NCBI GenBank assembly: GCA_034428455.1
Contig: DAOUHZ010000147.1
Coordinates: 75,576-139,575, forward strand
Source of the DNA: Dehalococcoidia bacterium
GTDB taxonomy: Bacteria; Chloroflexota; Dehalococcoidia; Lucifugimonadales; UBA3495
Reading direction: 5' to 3'
Length of the DNA: 64,000 nt
Part shown: in pieces, positions 26,921 through 37,809 of the stretch
Position numbering within the stretch: position 1 is the first letter of the stretch
Layout: each line of letters begins with the position of its first letter
Program-made: the position numbers and the translations under genes
Notes under the pieces: generated by a model
The model's input: only the letters and a program-made list of their open reading frames with translations
The model's database searches: none
What the model was told of the DNA's origin: nothing

Positions 26921-27718
26921 ATGACCACCGCAACAATGCTCCCCACGCAACCCGCCGAACTGCGCCGGATGATCCGCGCCGGAGAGTACGGCGGCGTAAC
27001 CTCCGGACTAGCCAATGGGCACGTGCAGGCGAACCTGGCGGTGCTGCCCCGGGATCTGGCGTTCGATTTCCTGCTTTTCTGCCAGCGCAATCCGCAGCCG
27101 TGCCCCTTGCTCGAAGTTATCGAGCCGGGCTCTGTCGAGCCTTCGTTCACCGCTCCGGGCGCGAACATCAGCACCGACGTGCCCGCTTACCGCATCTACG
27201 AGAACGGGGAGATGACCGCCGAATTGGCATCAGTGGCCGACGTGTGGCGGGAAGATCTGGTGTCTTTTCTTCTAGGTTGCAGTTTCTCCTTTGAAGCCGC
27301 CTTGGCTGACTGTGGCATACCCCTGCGGCACCAGGAAGCCGGCAGCAACGTGCCGATGTACATCACGAACATTCCCACCCGGCCGGCCGGCATGTTCTCC
27401 GGTCCGATGGTGGTCAGCATGCGCCCCATCCCGCAAGAACAGATCGTGCGGGCCGTGCAGGTGACCTCCCGGTTCCCTGACACTCACGGCGCTCCGATCC
27501 ACATCGGCGACCCCTACGCCATCGGCATCCGTAATATCGACGCCCCCGAGTTCGGCGACGCGGTAGAAATCAAACCTGGCGAAACGCCGGTCTTCTGGGC
27601 ATGTGGGGTAACTCCCCAAGCCGTGGCTCTAAACTGCAAGCCGCCGCTGATGATCACCCACGCTCCGGGCAAGATGTTTATCACCGACCGCCGCGACTCC
27701 GACTACGCCGTAATCTGA
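26921..27718 (+). CDS. DUF1445 / UPF0317 putative hydro-lyase (D-glutamate cyclase-like)
   Basis: [48 protein letters not shown] is the characteristic DUF1445 N-terminus. Confidence 0.75.
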   Translation: MTTATMLPTQPAELRRMIRAGEYGGVTSGLANGHVQANLAVLPRDLAFDFLLFCQRNPQPCPLLEVIEPGSVEPSFTAPGANISTDVPAYRIYENGEMTAELASVADVWREDLVSFLLGCSFSFEAALADCGIPLRHQEAGSNVPMYITNIPTRPAGMFSGPMVVSMRPIPQEQIVRAVQVTSRFPDTHGAPIHIGDPYAIGIRNIDAPEFGDAVEIKPGETPVFWACGVTPQAVALNCKPPLMITHAPGKMFITDRRDSDYAVI

Positions 27719-27729
27719 CCGGGGGCACC

Positions 27730-28599
27730 ATGACGCGCACCATCGAAGACATCATTCTCGACCACGACCGGCGCGGCATCAACGCGCTGCGCCCCCACGT
27801 GCCAGCGGATTTCTGCACTCAGGCCGCCCGTTACGCGCTGGTCCATTCGGGCCCAGTGATCATTGCCACCGGCTTCTACATCCTGATGAGCGACGCGCCG
27901 GAAACCGACGGGCCGCCGGGGGCTTTCGCCATCGGCAACGCTTTGCAGGAATTGGGCAACCGGGTCATGTACGCGGCGGACGAACCCATGGCCTACATGA
28001 TGGCGTCCTGGCGCGCCAAGCATCGGGACCCATCCCCGGTCATCCGGTTCCCCATCATTGATGATCCTCGAATCAACGAGCATTTCGTGCAGGAAACCAT
28101 CACCGAGCGTGACCCCGCGTTGCTGATCTCCATCGAGCGGTGTTCCCGGGACGCCGACGGCATCTATCGCAATATGCGCGGGCGGGACATAACGCCGCAG
28201 ACCGCTCGCGTGGACCGGCTGTTCGAGTGTGGGTTGCCGTCCATCGGCATCGGGGATGGCGGCAACGAGATCGGCATGGGCAACCTGGCCGATGTGGTCG
28301 CCCAGGCGGATCAGCTGCCCGACCACCCCGCCGTGGTGGGCTGCGACCGGCTCATCATATCCAGCACGTCAAACTGGGGTGGATACGGGTTGGTCGCCGC
28401 CCTGTCGCTGGAGGTTGGCCGCAACCTGCTCCCCGACGTGGACACCGACGCCGATTGCATCCGGTTCCTGGTCGACTCCGGCGCGGTCAGCGGCGTAAGC
28501 GGTGAGCACGACTACCTGGTGGACGAATTCACGCTGGAAGAAAACGCCGCCGTGCTACAAGAACTGCACGACTATGTGAACAGCCGTTTGACTGCATGA
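27730..28599 (+). CDS. DUF4392 domain protein (partner domain of D-glutamate cyclase)
   Basis: ATG 27730 lies 9 nt after the upstream stop. ..ATGFYI...ETDGPPGA..L and IGIGDGGNEIGMGN match my recollection of DUF4392. The track ORF starts at 27601, inside the upstream gene. Confidence 0.6.
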   Translation: MTRTIEDIILDHDRRGINALRPHVPADFCTQAARYALVHSGPVIIATGFYILMSDAPETDGPPGAFAIGNALQELGNRVMYAADEPMAYMMASWRAKHRDPSPVIRFPIIDDPRINEHFVQETITERDPALLISIERCSRDADGIYRNMRGRDITPQTARVDRLFECGLPSIGIGDGGNEIGMGNLADVVAQADQLPDHPAVVGCDRLIISSTSNWGGYGLVAALSLEVGRNLLPDVDTDADCIRFLVDSGAVSGVSGEHDYLVDEFTLEENAAVLQELHDYVNSRLTA

Positions 28600-28760
28600 G
28601 ACAGGTAGAGGGTATCTCCTCGCACATAGTACCCTTCAACCATTACGGACATGGTATCGGGGTGATGCGGGATGCCCAGACCGCCAAGCCCCAGACCTTC
28701 CTCCCTGACGACGGCTGGTTCGTCTACAACCTTGTCGCCAACTTGGCCCGACGCTGGTAG
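28596..28760 (+). CDS. 54-codon small ORF translationally coupled to the DUF4392 gene
   Basis: Its ATG overlaps the upstream TGA (ATGA at 28596-28599). It translates as MRQVEGISSHIVPFNHYGHGIGVMRDAQTAKPQTFLPDDGWFVYNLVANLARRW, and the second half has GC-rich third positions. It is below the ORF-track size cut-off. Confidence 0.3.
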   Translation: MRQVEGISSHIVPFNHYGHGIGVMRDAQTAKPQTFLPDDGWFVYNLVANLARRW

Positions 28761-28762
28761 AA

Positions 28763-30769
<2,007 letters not shown>

Positions 30770-30781
30770 GGTTCCTCCGTA

Positions 30782-31531
30782 TCATCTTTCGCCCCGCAGT
30801 CGGTGCAACTCCGCTTCCATCTCAGCCATCCGCGCCTCCGCGGCCCGTCGGGCAGCCCGCTCCTCGGCGAGGCGTTCCTCCGCCGTTTCGCGCGCCTCCC
30901 TCAGATCGTAGTAGTCCGGGACCCATACACCCCTGATCGTATCGTAAAACCGCAGCCGGCCGTCGTCCCAGCACAAGTCCATTCCCAGGGCCGGGCTGTG
31001 GCCCCGCACCATGCCGTCGGTTCCCGGCGCGACATCCACGCGGACGTACCGCCCGTTTTCCAGCCGTTCGCCCACGAGCGGCTCGCCATAGTGCCGGCTG
31101 TCCGGCGAGGGATCGTAACGCCAGTATTCGCCGATGCCCAGGGAGGCGTACAAATCCCGCTTCCGGCCCAAGTCCGCCCGCGCCGTACTCCGTGATCCGA
31201 TCTCCAGCACGAAGTCGGGAACCCGGCCCAAGTGCCAGGTGAAATAGGAATTATGCGGGAGGATATCATCCCGGTTGACGCCAAAGGTGACGTGGCAGTC
31301 CGGCGCCACCACAGCCCGCCGGTTGCCCCGCTCATAGTACAGGAAGGTGTCGCCGGTCACGATTACGTCGTAGTACTGTTCTAGATAAGCCCGCAAAACC
31401 GGCGTAACCCGGTCGAAGTGGATTTCCTGTTCCGGTCCGTCAGGCAAGGGAACGCCATCCTCATCCGGGTAGTAAATGCCGTCGAACACATTGCGTTCCG
31501 TGGACAACGCTTGCGGCTTTGCTGTGGTCAT
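30782..31531 (-). CDS. Uma2-family (DUF820) PD-(D/E)xK endonuclease with a C-terminal coiled-coil tail
   Basis: VPDFVLEIGSRSTARADLGRKRDLYASLGIGEYWRYDP is the Uma2 core (PD..VEI.S.S....D...K...Y...G..EYW). The tail ERLAEERAARRAAEARMAEMEAELHRL is Ala/Arg/Glu-rich. Confidence 0.75.
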   Translation of the reverse strand: MTTAKPQALSTERNVFDGIYYPDEDGVPLPDGPEQEIHFDRVTPVLRAYLEQYYDVIVTGDTFLYYERGNRRAVVAPDCHVTFGVNRDDILPHNSYFTWHLGRVPDFVLEIGSRSTARADLGRKRDLYASLGIGEYWRYDPSPDSRHYGEPLVGERLENGRYVRVDVAPGTDGMVRGHSPALGMDLCWDDGRLRFYDTIRGVWVPDYYDLREARETAEERLAEERAARRAAEARMAEMEAELHRLRGER

Positions 31532-31606
31532 GTCAATACCCCACTCTGGCGCGTACCGAACCAAACCGAAGCCGGCAAACCGGCAGGCACATTATAAGCC
31601 ATCACC

Positions 31607-32194
31607 CTAGCCGCCACCGATGGCAATGAGCGCCTGACGCACCTTGTCTTCCACCGAAGCGTCGGGTGATAGATCCAATCCGGCAACCGCCTGCCTCGCG
31701 TCGGCCAGCGTCATACCCAGGGCCGTCAGCGCTTCCACAGCCTCGGCATCTGTCCCGGCCGCGGCCACCAGAACCGGCGATCCGGCATCTGCATCGGGCA
31801 GCTTGCCGCGCAATTCCAGCACGACCCGCTGCGCGGTACGCCGTCCCACTCCCTGGGCGCGGGCCAGCGCCGCAACGTCCTCTGACGCCACCGCCTGCCG
31901 GAAACCGTCCTCGCCCAACTCAGACAGGATGGCCATCGCCGAGCGTGGACCGATGCCTGAGACCCCTGTCAGCGCGCCGAAAAGCTCCACCGACCCTGCT
32001 TCGGCAAACCCGTACAACACCGGCTGCTCGTTCTGGATTCTGAGGATGGTGTGCAGCCGGACCTGCTCGCCCACGCTGCCCAAAGCCGCCACCGATGACG
32101 CTGGCACGGACACCTGCAAGGTGACCCCGCCGACCTGCACGTTGACCCAGTCCAACCCGACGGCTTCCAGCGCGCCCCGCACGCCGACCAACAC
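31607..32194 (-). CDS. ruvA: Holliday junction branch migration complex subunit RuvA
   Basis: The N-terminal OB pattern (..VNVQVGGVTLQVSVP), HhH motifs (LTGVSGIGPRSAMAIL; ARAQGVGRRTAQRVVLEL) and domain III are present. Confidence 0.9.
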   Translation of the reverse strand: MLVGVRGALEAVGLDWVNVQVGGVTLQVSVPASSVAALGSVGEQVRLHTILRIQNEQPVLYGFAEAGSVELFGALTGVSGIGPRSAMAILSELGEDGFRQAVASEDVAALARAQGVGRRTAQRVVLELRGKLPDADAGSPVLVAAAGTDAEAVEALTALGMTLADARQAVAGLDLSPDASVEDKVRQALIAIGGG

Positions 32195-32197
32195 TGC

Positions 32198-32719
32198 TTA
32201 AAGTTCCTTACCCGGCGTTATCTCGCGGGACCGCAAGTCGTCAGCCTGCATTCGTTGCAGGTGGCACAAACCCACGGCCAGCGCGTCGGCGGCGTCCGAT
32301 TCCGGCTGGTGGTCCAAACCCAACCGCGAAGCGGCGATCTGCTGCACCTGTTCCTTGCTGGCCCGGCCGTAGTCGGTCACCGCCATCTTCACGTCGGCCG
32401 GCGAATACCGGTGCACCGGGATCCCCTGACTCGCCGCGCCGATGAGCACCACCGCCTGCGCCTGCCCGATGGCCAAGGCCGATTTGGCGAACGACCGCTC
32501 GCCCCGGCCCACAAACGGGTCCTCTACCGCGATGGCGTCCGGCTGGAACACGTGGATCATGTTGAGGATGTGCGTGTGCAACTGGTACAGGCGCTGCTCG
32601 ATGGGCATATCGCGGCGCATGGGCACCACGCCGTAATCGTCCGCTTCCAGAGCCGGCTCGGCATCGAGGACGGCATACCCCATCCGCATGGTTCCGGGGT
32701 CGATGGCCAGGACACGCAT
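32198..32719 (-). CDS. ruvC: crossover junction endodeoxyribonuclease RuvC
   Basis: MRVLAIDPGT..GYAV at the N-terminus, ..AVEDPF.. and ..DAADALAVGLCH.. are the catalytic acidic motifs. Confidence 0.9.
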   Translation of the reverse strand: MRVLAIDPGTMRMGYAVLDAEPALEADDYGVVPMRRDMPIEQRLYQLHTHILNMIHVFQPDAIAVEDPFVGRGERSFAKSALAIGQAQAVVLIGAASQGIPVHRYSPADVKMAVTDYGRASKEQVQQIAASRLGLDHQPESDAADALAVGLCHLQRMQADDLRSREITPGKEL

Positions 32720-33486
32720 CAGGCGGCGGACCCGTAGCGTTCCAACACGTCCGCCGGGAAGTCCGCGTTGGTGTACGCCTTTTGCACGTCAGCCAGTTCT
32801 TCCAGGCTGTCCAGCAACCTCAGAGTCTGCTCGGCGGCTCTGTCTTCTAATGGCACCACCGTCTTCGGCACCATCGACACGTCCGCCGACGAAGGCTGCG
32901 CTCCCTCGCCCTCCAGGGCAGTCTTTACGGACAGCAGGTTTTCCGGAGCAGTATAGACCTCCAGGATGCCATCCTCGAAATTGACGTCCTCAGCTTCGGC
33001 GTCGATGGCGGTCAGGATCAACTCTTCCGCCACCGTCTCGTCGTCAATCTCCAGGGTGATCAACCCGCGGCTGTCGAAGTTCCAGGCAACGCAGCCCGCA
33101 TCACCCAGGTTGCCGCCGCCCTTGTTGAACGCGGACCTCACTTCGGATGCGGTCCGGTTACGATTGGTGGTCAGAGCCTTCACCAAGATCGCGCCGCCGC
33201 TGGGCCCGTACCCCTCGTAGGTAACCTCAGCCAGGTCCTCCATCCCCTCTCCGCCTTCGCCAGTGGCCCGGCGTATGGCGCGGGTGATGCTGTCCTGCGG
33301 CATGTTGTTGGACTTGGCCTGATCGATGGCGATGCGCAGGCGGAAGTTCATATCCGGGTCCCCGCCACCACCCTCCTTAACTGCCAAGCTGATGTTGCGC
33401 GCCAGCTTGGTGAACAGCGCGCCGCGCTTGGCATCGGCCGCGCCCTTGGCGCGCTTGATTGTCGACCACTTGGAATGTCCGGACAT
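32719..33486 (-). CDS. yebC: YebC/PmpR family DNA-binding transcriptional regulator
   Basis: MSGHSKWSTIKRAKGAADAKRGALFTKL is the invariant YebC N-terminus. The track ORF starts earlier at 33561. Confidence 0.9.
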   Translation of the reverse strand: MSGHSKWSTIKRAKGAADAKRGALFTKLARNISLAVKEGGGGDPDMNFRLRIAIDQAKSNNMPQDSITRAIRRATGEGGEGMEDLAEVTYEGYGPSGGAILVKALTTNRNRTASEVRSAFNKGGGNLGDAGCVAWNFDSRGLITLEIDDETVAEELILTAIDAEAEDVNFEDGILEVYTAPENLLSVKTALEGEGAQPSSADVSMVPKTVVPLEDRAAEQTLRLLDSLEELADVQKAYTNADFPADVLERYGSAA

Positions 33487-33641
33487 TTGACACCTCCTTG
33501 ACGTACCCCGTCCCATCTCGCTTCTACGGAGATTGGTGTCCAGGCGAATGCTCGCTGGCATCCTGATCTTTTTATAATGCGTGGTCGTTGAATTTTAGCA
33601 TCACGGCGTTAAACGGGTCAAAACGGCAATTTAGCAGGTTC

Positions 33642-35042
33642 ATGACAACTTCAGAACGATCCACGCGGCAGGCTGACGCCATGGGCACCGCGCCCATGTG
33701 GCGACTGCTGCTGCAGATGGCCTTCCCGCCCACGTTCGCCATCATCGTGATGGCCCTGTACAGCATCGTGGACCGCGCGTTTATCGGGAACGTGGTGGGC
33801 GTGAATGCGTTGAGCGGTCTGTCGGCGGCATTCCCGGTCCAAATTGCGGCTGTGGCCATCGGGCTGTTGCCCGGACTGGGTGCGATGTCAGTAGTCTCCC
33901 GTGCCCTGGGTGCCCGCGACCCGCGCCGGGCGTCACGGGCCATCGGCTCGTCGCTGGCGATCCTCGTCCCGGTCTACCTGGCTGTCACCATCACCGGATT
34001 GACCCACCTGGACCAGATGGCGATCTGGATGGGCGCATCGGAGCACACCGTTGAGTACGCCCACCAGTACCTGGTGATCATCCTGCCCGGCAGCCTGTTC
34101 ACCATGATTGCCATAGCGGTCAACAACCTGATGATGGCCGAGGGCCGGCCCGGCACAGCGACCGTCGTGCTGGCCGGCGGCGCGGTCCTGAACGTTATCC
34201 TGGACGCACTGTTCATCCTGGCGCTGGGATGGGGCGTAACCGGCGCCGCGGCCGCCACCGTGACCGCCCAGGGCGGGGCCGTTCTTTTCGCCGTTTGGTT
34301 CTACCTGTCCGGGCACAGCGCTCTGCGGATCAGCGGGGATGCGTTGATCCCTCGATTGGAGTTGACCCGGGAGATTGCGGCGCTGGGCACTCCGATCTTC
34401 ATCATCGAGAGCGCTCGGTCCATCGTCGTTGTGGTCATCAACAACATCCTGAGCCAATATTCGGGCGGCGACGCCTACATCGCGCTCTTCGGCGTCATAA
34501 ACGCGGTTCTGGAGTTCGCGTTGGCCCCATTCATCGGGGCGGCGATGGCCTATTTGCCGTTGGCGGCCTACAACTACGGCGCGGGATACTACGACCGAGT
34601 GCGCCAGGCAATCTGGCAGAGTTGCCTTGGCGCCACGGTGGGCGGGGCGATCATGGTAGCCCTACTTATACCCACGGCGGGCTACATCGTCACCCTCTTC
34701 TCAACCCGTGAGGCGTTGCCCGCCGAGTCTGGTGACGCGCTCCGTATCGCTCTGCTCGCCCTGCCCATCGTCGGCATCGAGTTCGTCAGTTCCATCGCCT
34801 TCCAGGCCCTGGGCATGGCGTGGCCCTCCGTGGTGCTGACAATGACCCAACGCGTAGTGCTGCTGTTGGCCTGGGTTTTCGGCCTGTCTCACGTCTTCGG
34901 CACCTGGGGCGTCTGGTGGTCCTTCCCGGCAACGGACCTGGGAGCCATGCTACTCGGCCTGGGCGCCCTGATTCTAGTGTGGAAACGCGTGGACGATTGG
35001 GGACGGCACGCCACCCGCCGCCGTTTTGACATCCCCGGGTAG
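33642..35042 (+). CDS. MATE family efflux transporter
   Basis: About 12 hydrophobic segments are present, with an N-terminal ..LLLQMAFPP....ALYSIVDRAFIG pattern typical of MATE/NorM. The start is uncertain among 33588, 33642 and 33681. Confidence 0.8.
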   Translation: MTTSERSTRQADAMGTAPMWRLLLQMAFPPTFAIIVMALYSIVDRAFIGNVVGVNALSGLSAAFPVQIAAVAIGLLPGLGAMSVVSRALGARDPRRASRAIGSSLAILVPVYLAVTITGLTHLDQMAIWMGASEHTVEYAHQYLVIILPGSLFTMIAIAVNNLMMAEGRPGTATVVLAGGAVLNVILDALFILALGWGVTGAAAATVTAQGGAVLFAVWFYLSGHSALRISGDALIPRLELTREIAALGTPIFIIESARSIVVVVINNILSQYSGGDAYIALFGVINAVLEFALAPFIGAAMAYLPLAAYNYGAGYYDRVRQAIWQSCLGATVGGAIMVALLIPTAGYIVTLFSTREALPAESGDALRIALLALPIVGIEFVSSIAFQALGMAWPSVVLTMTQRVVLLLAWVFGLSHVFGTWGVWWSFPATDLGAMLLGLGALILVWKRVDDWGRHATRRRFDIPG

Positions 35043-35107
35043 CGGCAGTACCATTTCGACCGATTGCTGATACTTGCCTCACCCGCCCTACTTGAGGAGG
35101 CCATGCC

Positions 35108-35566
35108 ATGGCTATGAATTCCAGTGGCGTTTCCCACATCGCCGTTTGCGTCCGCGATCTGGACGAATCCCTCAAATTCTACCGTGACATCCTGGGAATG
35201 ACCGTAACCGTAGACCGGGTTCAGGACACTTCCACCGGCGGCCTGCCCCACGTCTACGCCCACGACCGTTCCACCCGCCGCCAGGCCATCCTGTCCTACG
35301 GCGACGGGGCCGTTCCCACGCTGGTGATGACCAGTCACCCGGGTGATGACTCCGATGGCTCGGCCATCAAGCTTGACCAGGTGGGCATCAGCCACATCTC
35401 CTTTTCCGTGTCCGATGTCAAAGCTCTCGCCGACGAATTGATCGCTGCCGGCGTGGATCTGGCCGGCCCCATGGACGGCTTCACCAACGCCAACGGAGAG
35501 GTCTCCAGCATCTTCGTGTACGACCCGGACGGCATCCTGGTGCAGTTCGACAGCGGCGGAGGCTGA
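35108..35566 (+). CDS. VOC (glyoxalase/bleomycin-resistance/dioxygenase) family protein
   Basis: GVSHIAVCVRDLDESLKFYRDILGM.. and ..GISHISFSV..VYDPDGILVQF are the paired beta-alpha-beta-beta-beta VOC modules. Confidence 0.75.
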   Translation: MAMNSSGVSHIAVCVRDLDESLKFYRDILGMTVTVDRVQDTSTGGLPHVYAHDRSTRRQAILSYGDGAVPTLVMTSHPGDDSDGSAIKLDQVGISHISFSVSDVKALADELIAAGVDLAGPMDGFTNANGEVSSIFVYDPDGILVQFDSGGG

Positions 35567-35617
35567 TCCTCCTTCGGCCAACGTCAACCGCAACACCACA
35601 ACCCAGGAGGTTACGCC

Positions 35618-36070
35618 ATGCCGATGCACGCCACCGGGGTATCCCACATCGCCATCTGTGTCAGGGACCTCGACGAGTCCTTGAAGTTCTATTGTGAGGC
35701 CCTGGGCATGTCCATCGTCAGCGACGTCATCCAGGACACCACCACGGGCGGGCTGCCCCATGTCTACGCCCACAGCCGGGCCACCCGACGCCAGGTTCGC
35801 CTCGCCTACGCCGATGGAGCCAAACCAACCCTGACCATGACCAGCCATCCCGGCGAAGATCCCGACGGCACGCCCATCAAGTTGGACCAGGTCGGCATCA
35901 GCCATATCTCGTTCTCGGTGCCAGATCCCAAAGCCCTCGCCGAAAACCTGGCGGGCCAGGGTGTCCCCCTGGCCGCTCCGATGGACGTGTGGACCAACGC
36001 TGAAGGCCGGGTGAGCAGCTTCTACGTCTACGACCCGGACGGCATCCTGGTGCAGTTCGACGCCGGCTGA
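35618..36070 (+). CDS. VOC family protein (tandem paralogue of 35108-35566)
   Basis: It is collinear with the preceding ORF and highly similar to it (GVSHIAICVRDLDESLKFYCEALGM.., VYDPDGILVQFD). Confidence 0.75.
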   Translation: MPMHATGVSHIAICVRDLDESLKFYCEALGMSIVSDVIQDTTTGGLPHVYAHSRATRRQVRLAYADGAKPTLTMTSHPGEDPDGTPIKLDQVGISHISFSVPDPKALAENLAGQGVPLAAPMDVWTNAEGRVSSFYVYDPDGILVQFDAG

Positions 36071-36142
36071 TCGTGGCATAATGGTCCGCAATCCTCCGTA
36101 TCTAGTCGGACCCGGCAGACTGGGCCCGACATGAGGTTTGCC

Positions 36143-36613
36143 ATGACCTACGATGCCCCTCAGATTACTCCATTCTTGTGGACGGACGGTTGCGCCCGCG
36201 AGGCCGCGGAGTTCTATGTCTCGGTGTTCCGGGACTCGCGCATTGTTGACGATACCGCCCTGCCCGATGGGCCGGGAGCGGGCAGTCACGTCGTGTCCTT
36301 TGTTATCAAAGGCCAGCGCTTCACCACCTTCGACGGGATTCCCGCCTACGAATTCACGCCGGCTATTTCGTTCGTCGTCAACTGCGACTCCCAGGAAGAG
36401 ATCGACGACTACTGGGACCGGCTGACTGAGGACGGTTCGCCCATCCAATGCGGCTGGATCCAGGACAAGTTCGGCGTCCACTGGCAGATCGTGCCCACCG
36501 ATCTATCCGAGATGATGCAGGACGGCTCCCGGGCCACCGCCGTGCTCAACGAACTCATCAGCATGGTGAAGATCGATGCCAGCCGGCTTCGACAGGCATA
36601 CAACGGCGATTAG
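36143..36613 (+). CDS. VOC-superfamily PhnB/YjdN-like (3-demethylubiquinone methyltransferase-like domain) protein
   Basis: ITPFLWTDG.A.EAAEFYVSVF....I and ..CGWIQDKFGV.WQIVP.. are typical of this family. Confidence 0.65.
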   Translation: MTYDAPQITPFLWTDGCAREAAEFYVSVFRDSRIVDDTALPDGPGAGSHVVSFVIKGQRFTTFDGIPAYEFTPAISFVVNCDSQEEIDDYWDRLTEDGSPIQCGWIQDKFGVHWQIVPTDLSEMMQDGSRATAVLNELISMVKIDASRLRQAYNGD

Positions 36614-36622
36614 AGGGTGACC

Positions 36623-37171
36623 ATGTCCCACCATTACGACCAACACGACCACGAAAAGCTCCTACGCTGGAAGAACGATCTCGCCGCCGCGCCCATCGAG
36701 TCCAATGGCTTCCCGGCCATGGCCTTGTTCCTGGTCAAGCCGAACGCCACCGGTTCCCACGACATCTTCCGCAGGTACCGCGCCGAGTTCGAAAAGCGGG
36801 ACGCCAGCTTTGCCCACCTGGTGGTCTTCGGCATGCATGGCGTCTCCGCCACGGTGCGCGGCCTGCTGGACCAGGCTGGGCTTTCCGAGGACGACCTGCC
36901 AGTGATGATGCTTGCTCCCGCTGACGATCCCTGCGCCGTTACGGCGGTCCGGCTCCCGCCCGGCGAGAGCATCGAGGGCGCGGACGACCCCAACGGCGGC
37001 GGGACCTGCGACTATCTTGCCGCCTGGCAGGATGTCCTGGACCGCATCAGCATCACCAGGCCCGGCCGACCCCTCCGGCTCATGGGCGTCCAGGGCCAGA
37101 AACTGAACGGCGTGGACCTGCGCGAGTTGGCGGGCGCAGCGCTGGAGGCTGCGACAGGCACTTACAGCTAG
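36623..37171 (+). CDS. hypothetical protein
   Basis: ATG 36623 follows AGAGGG. The ORF begins about 10 nt after the upstream stop. No motif recognised. Confidence 0.45.
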   Translation: MSHHYDQHDHEKLLRWKNDLAAAPIESNGFPAMALFLVKPNATGSHDIFRRYRAEFEKRDASFAHLVVFGMHGVSATVRGLLDQAGLSEDDLPVMMLAPADDPCAVTAVRLPPGESIEGADDPNGGGTCDYLAAWQDVLDRISITRPGRPLRLMGVQGQKLNGVDLRELAGAALEAATGTYS

Positions 37172-37254
37172 CGCGTTCGATAATAGTCCTGCTAACCCCT
37201 CTCACCAGGCGGCAATGCGGCTGTTGCATTGGCGCCTCCGGAGACCTGTCCATC

Positions 37255-37761
37255 ATGTCCCTTGCGCAAGCCAATCGCCACACCGACCTCAGCCGTCGCC
37301 TGATGGAGCAGGCCAATTACGAACTGCATACCATGGGCGACCGGGTGCAGGCTTCGGACAAAGCTTCCGGCGCCGTGGCCCAGGCGGTGAAAGCAATCGC
37401 CGAGGACCGCAACTGGCGGCACCGCTCGCACAACTTGCGCCGGGATATTGTCGGCCTGCTGGCCGATGAGTTCCAGCAACCGCAAATCAGGCATTTGCAG
37501 GCCATCGCCGACCAGTTGCACGACAACTACTATGAGGACTGGTTAGGCGAAGCGCTGGTAACGGATCTGGTTGCCGACGTCAATTCGCTGATACCCCTCT
37601 TGTGGGAAGCGCGGGAACGGGGAGCGAACCAGGATTTCATCCCGACTCCCTTGCAGCAGAGGACCATCGACCGCCTCCTCATACCGGAAGAAGAAGCCCT
37701 TGCCGACGAAAGCATAGACTTGCCCCCGCCCATGCCTCCATTCAGGCCCCCGGCGGGCTGA
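37255..37761 (+). CDS. PaREP1-like (HEPN-like helical) small protein, copy A
   Basis: QASDKASGAVAQAVKAIAEDRNWRHRSH....LHDNYYED resembles the PaREP1 family pattern (QASEK.(W/Y).A....KA.A......W....H ... LH..FYE). It is paralogous over its full length to 42347-42883. Confidence 0.5.
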   Translation: MSLAQANRHTDLSRRLMEQANYELHTMGDRVQASDKASGAVAQAVKAIAEDRNWRHRSHNLRRDIVGLLADEFQQPQIRHLQAIADQLHDNYYEDWLGEALVTDLVADVNSLIPLLWEARERGANQDFIPTPLQQRTIDRLLIPEEEALADESIDLPPPMPPFRPPAG

Positions 37762-37809
37762 ACGGCTATCAGGGTTGGTCAGATTGAACGGAAGCCCGAC
37801 GGCGCCAGT

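Noticed and set aside
34889-36481. 530-aa minus-strand ORF, the longest in this region
   Set aside because: It runs antisense to three well-supported plus-strand VOC genes and the end of the MATE gene. Its translation is low-complexity (Gly/Val/Ala/Asp-rich) with no motif. This is a typical shadow ORF of high-GC DNA.
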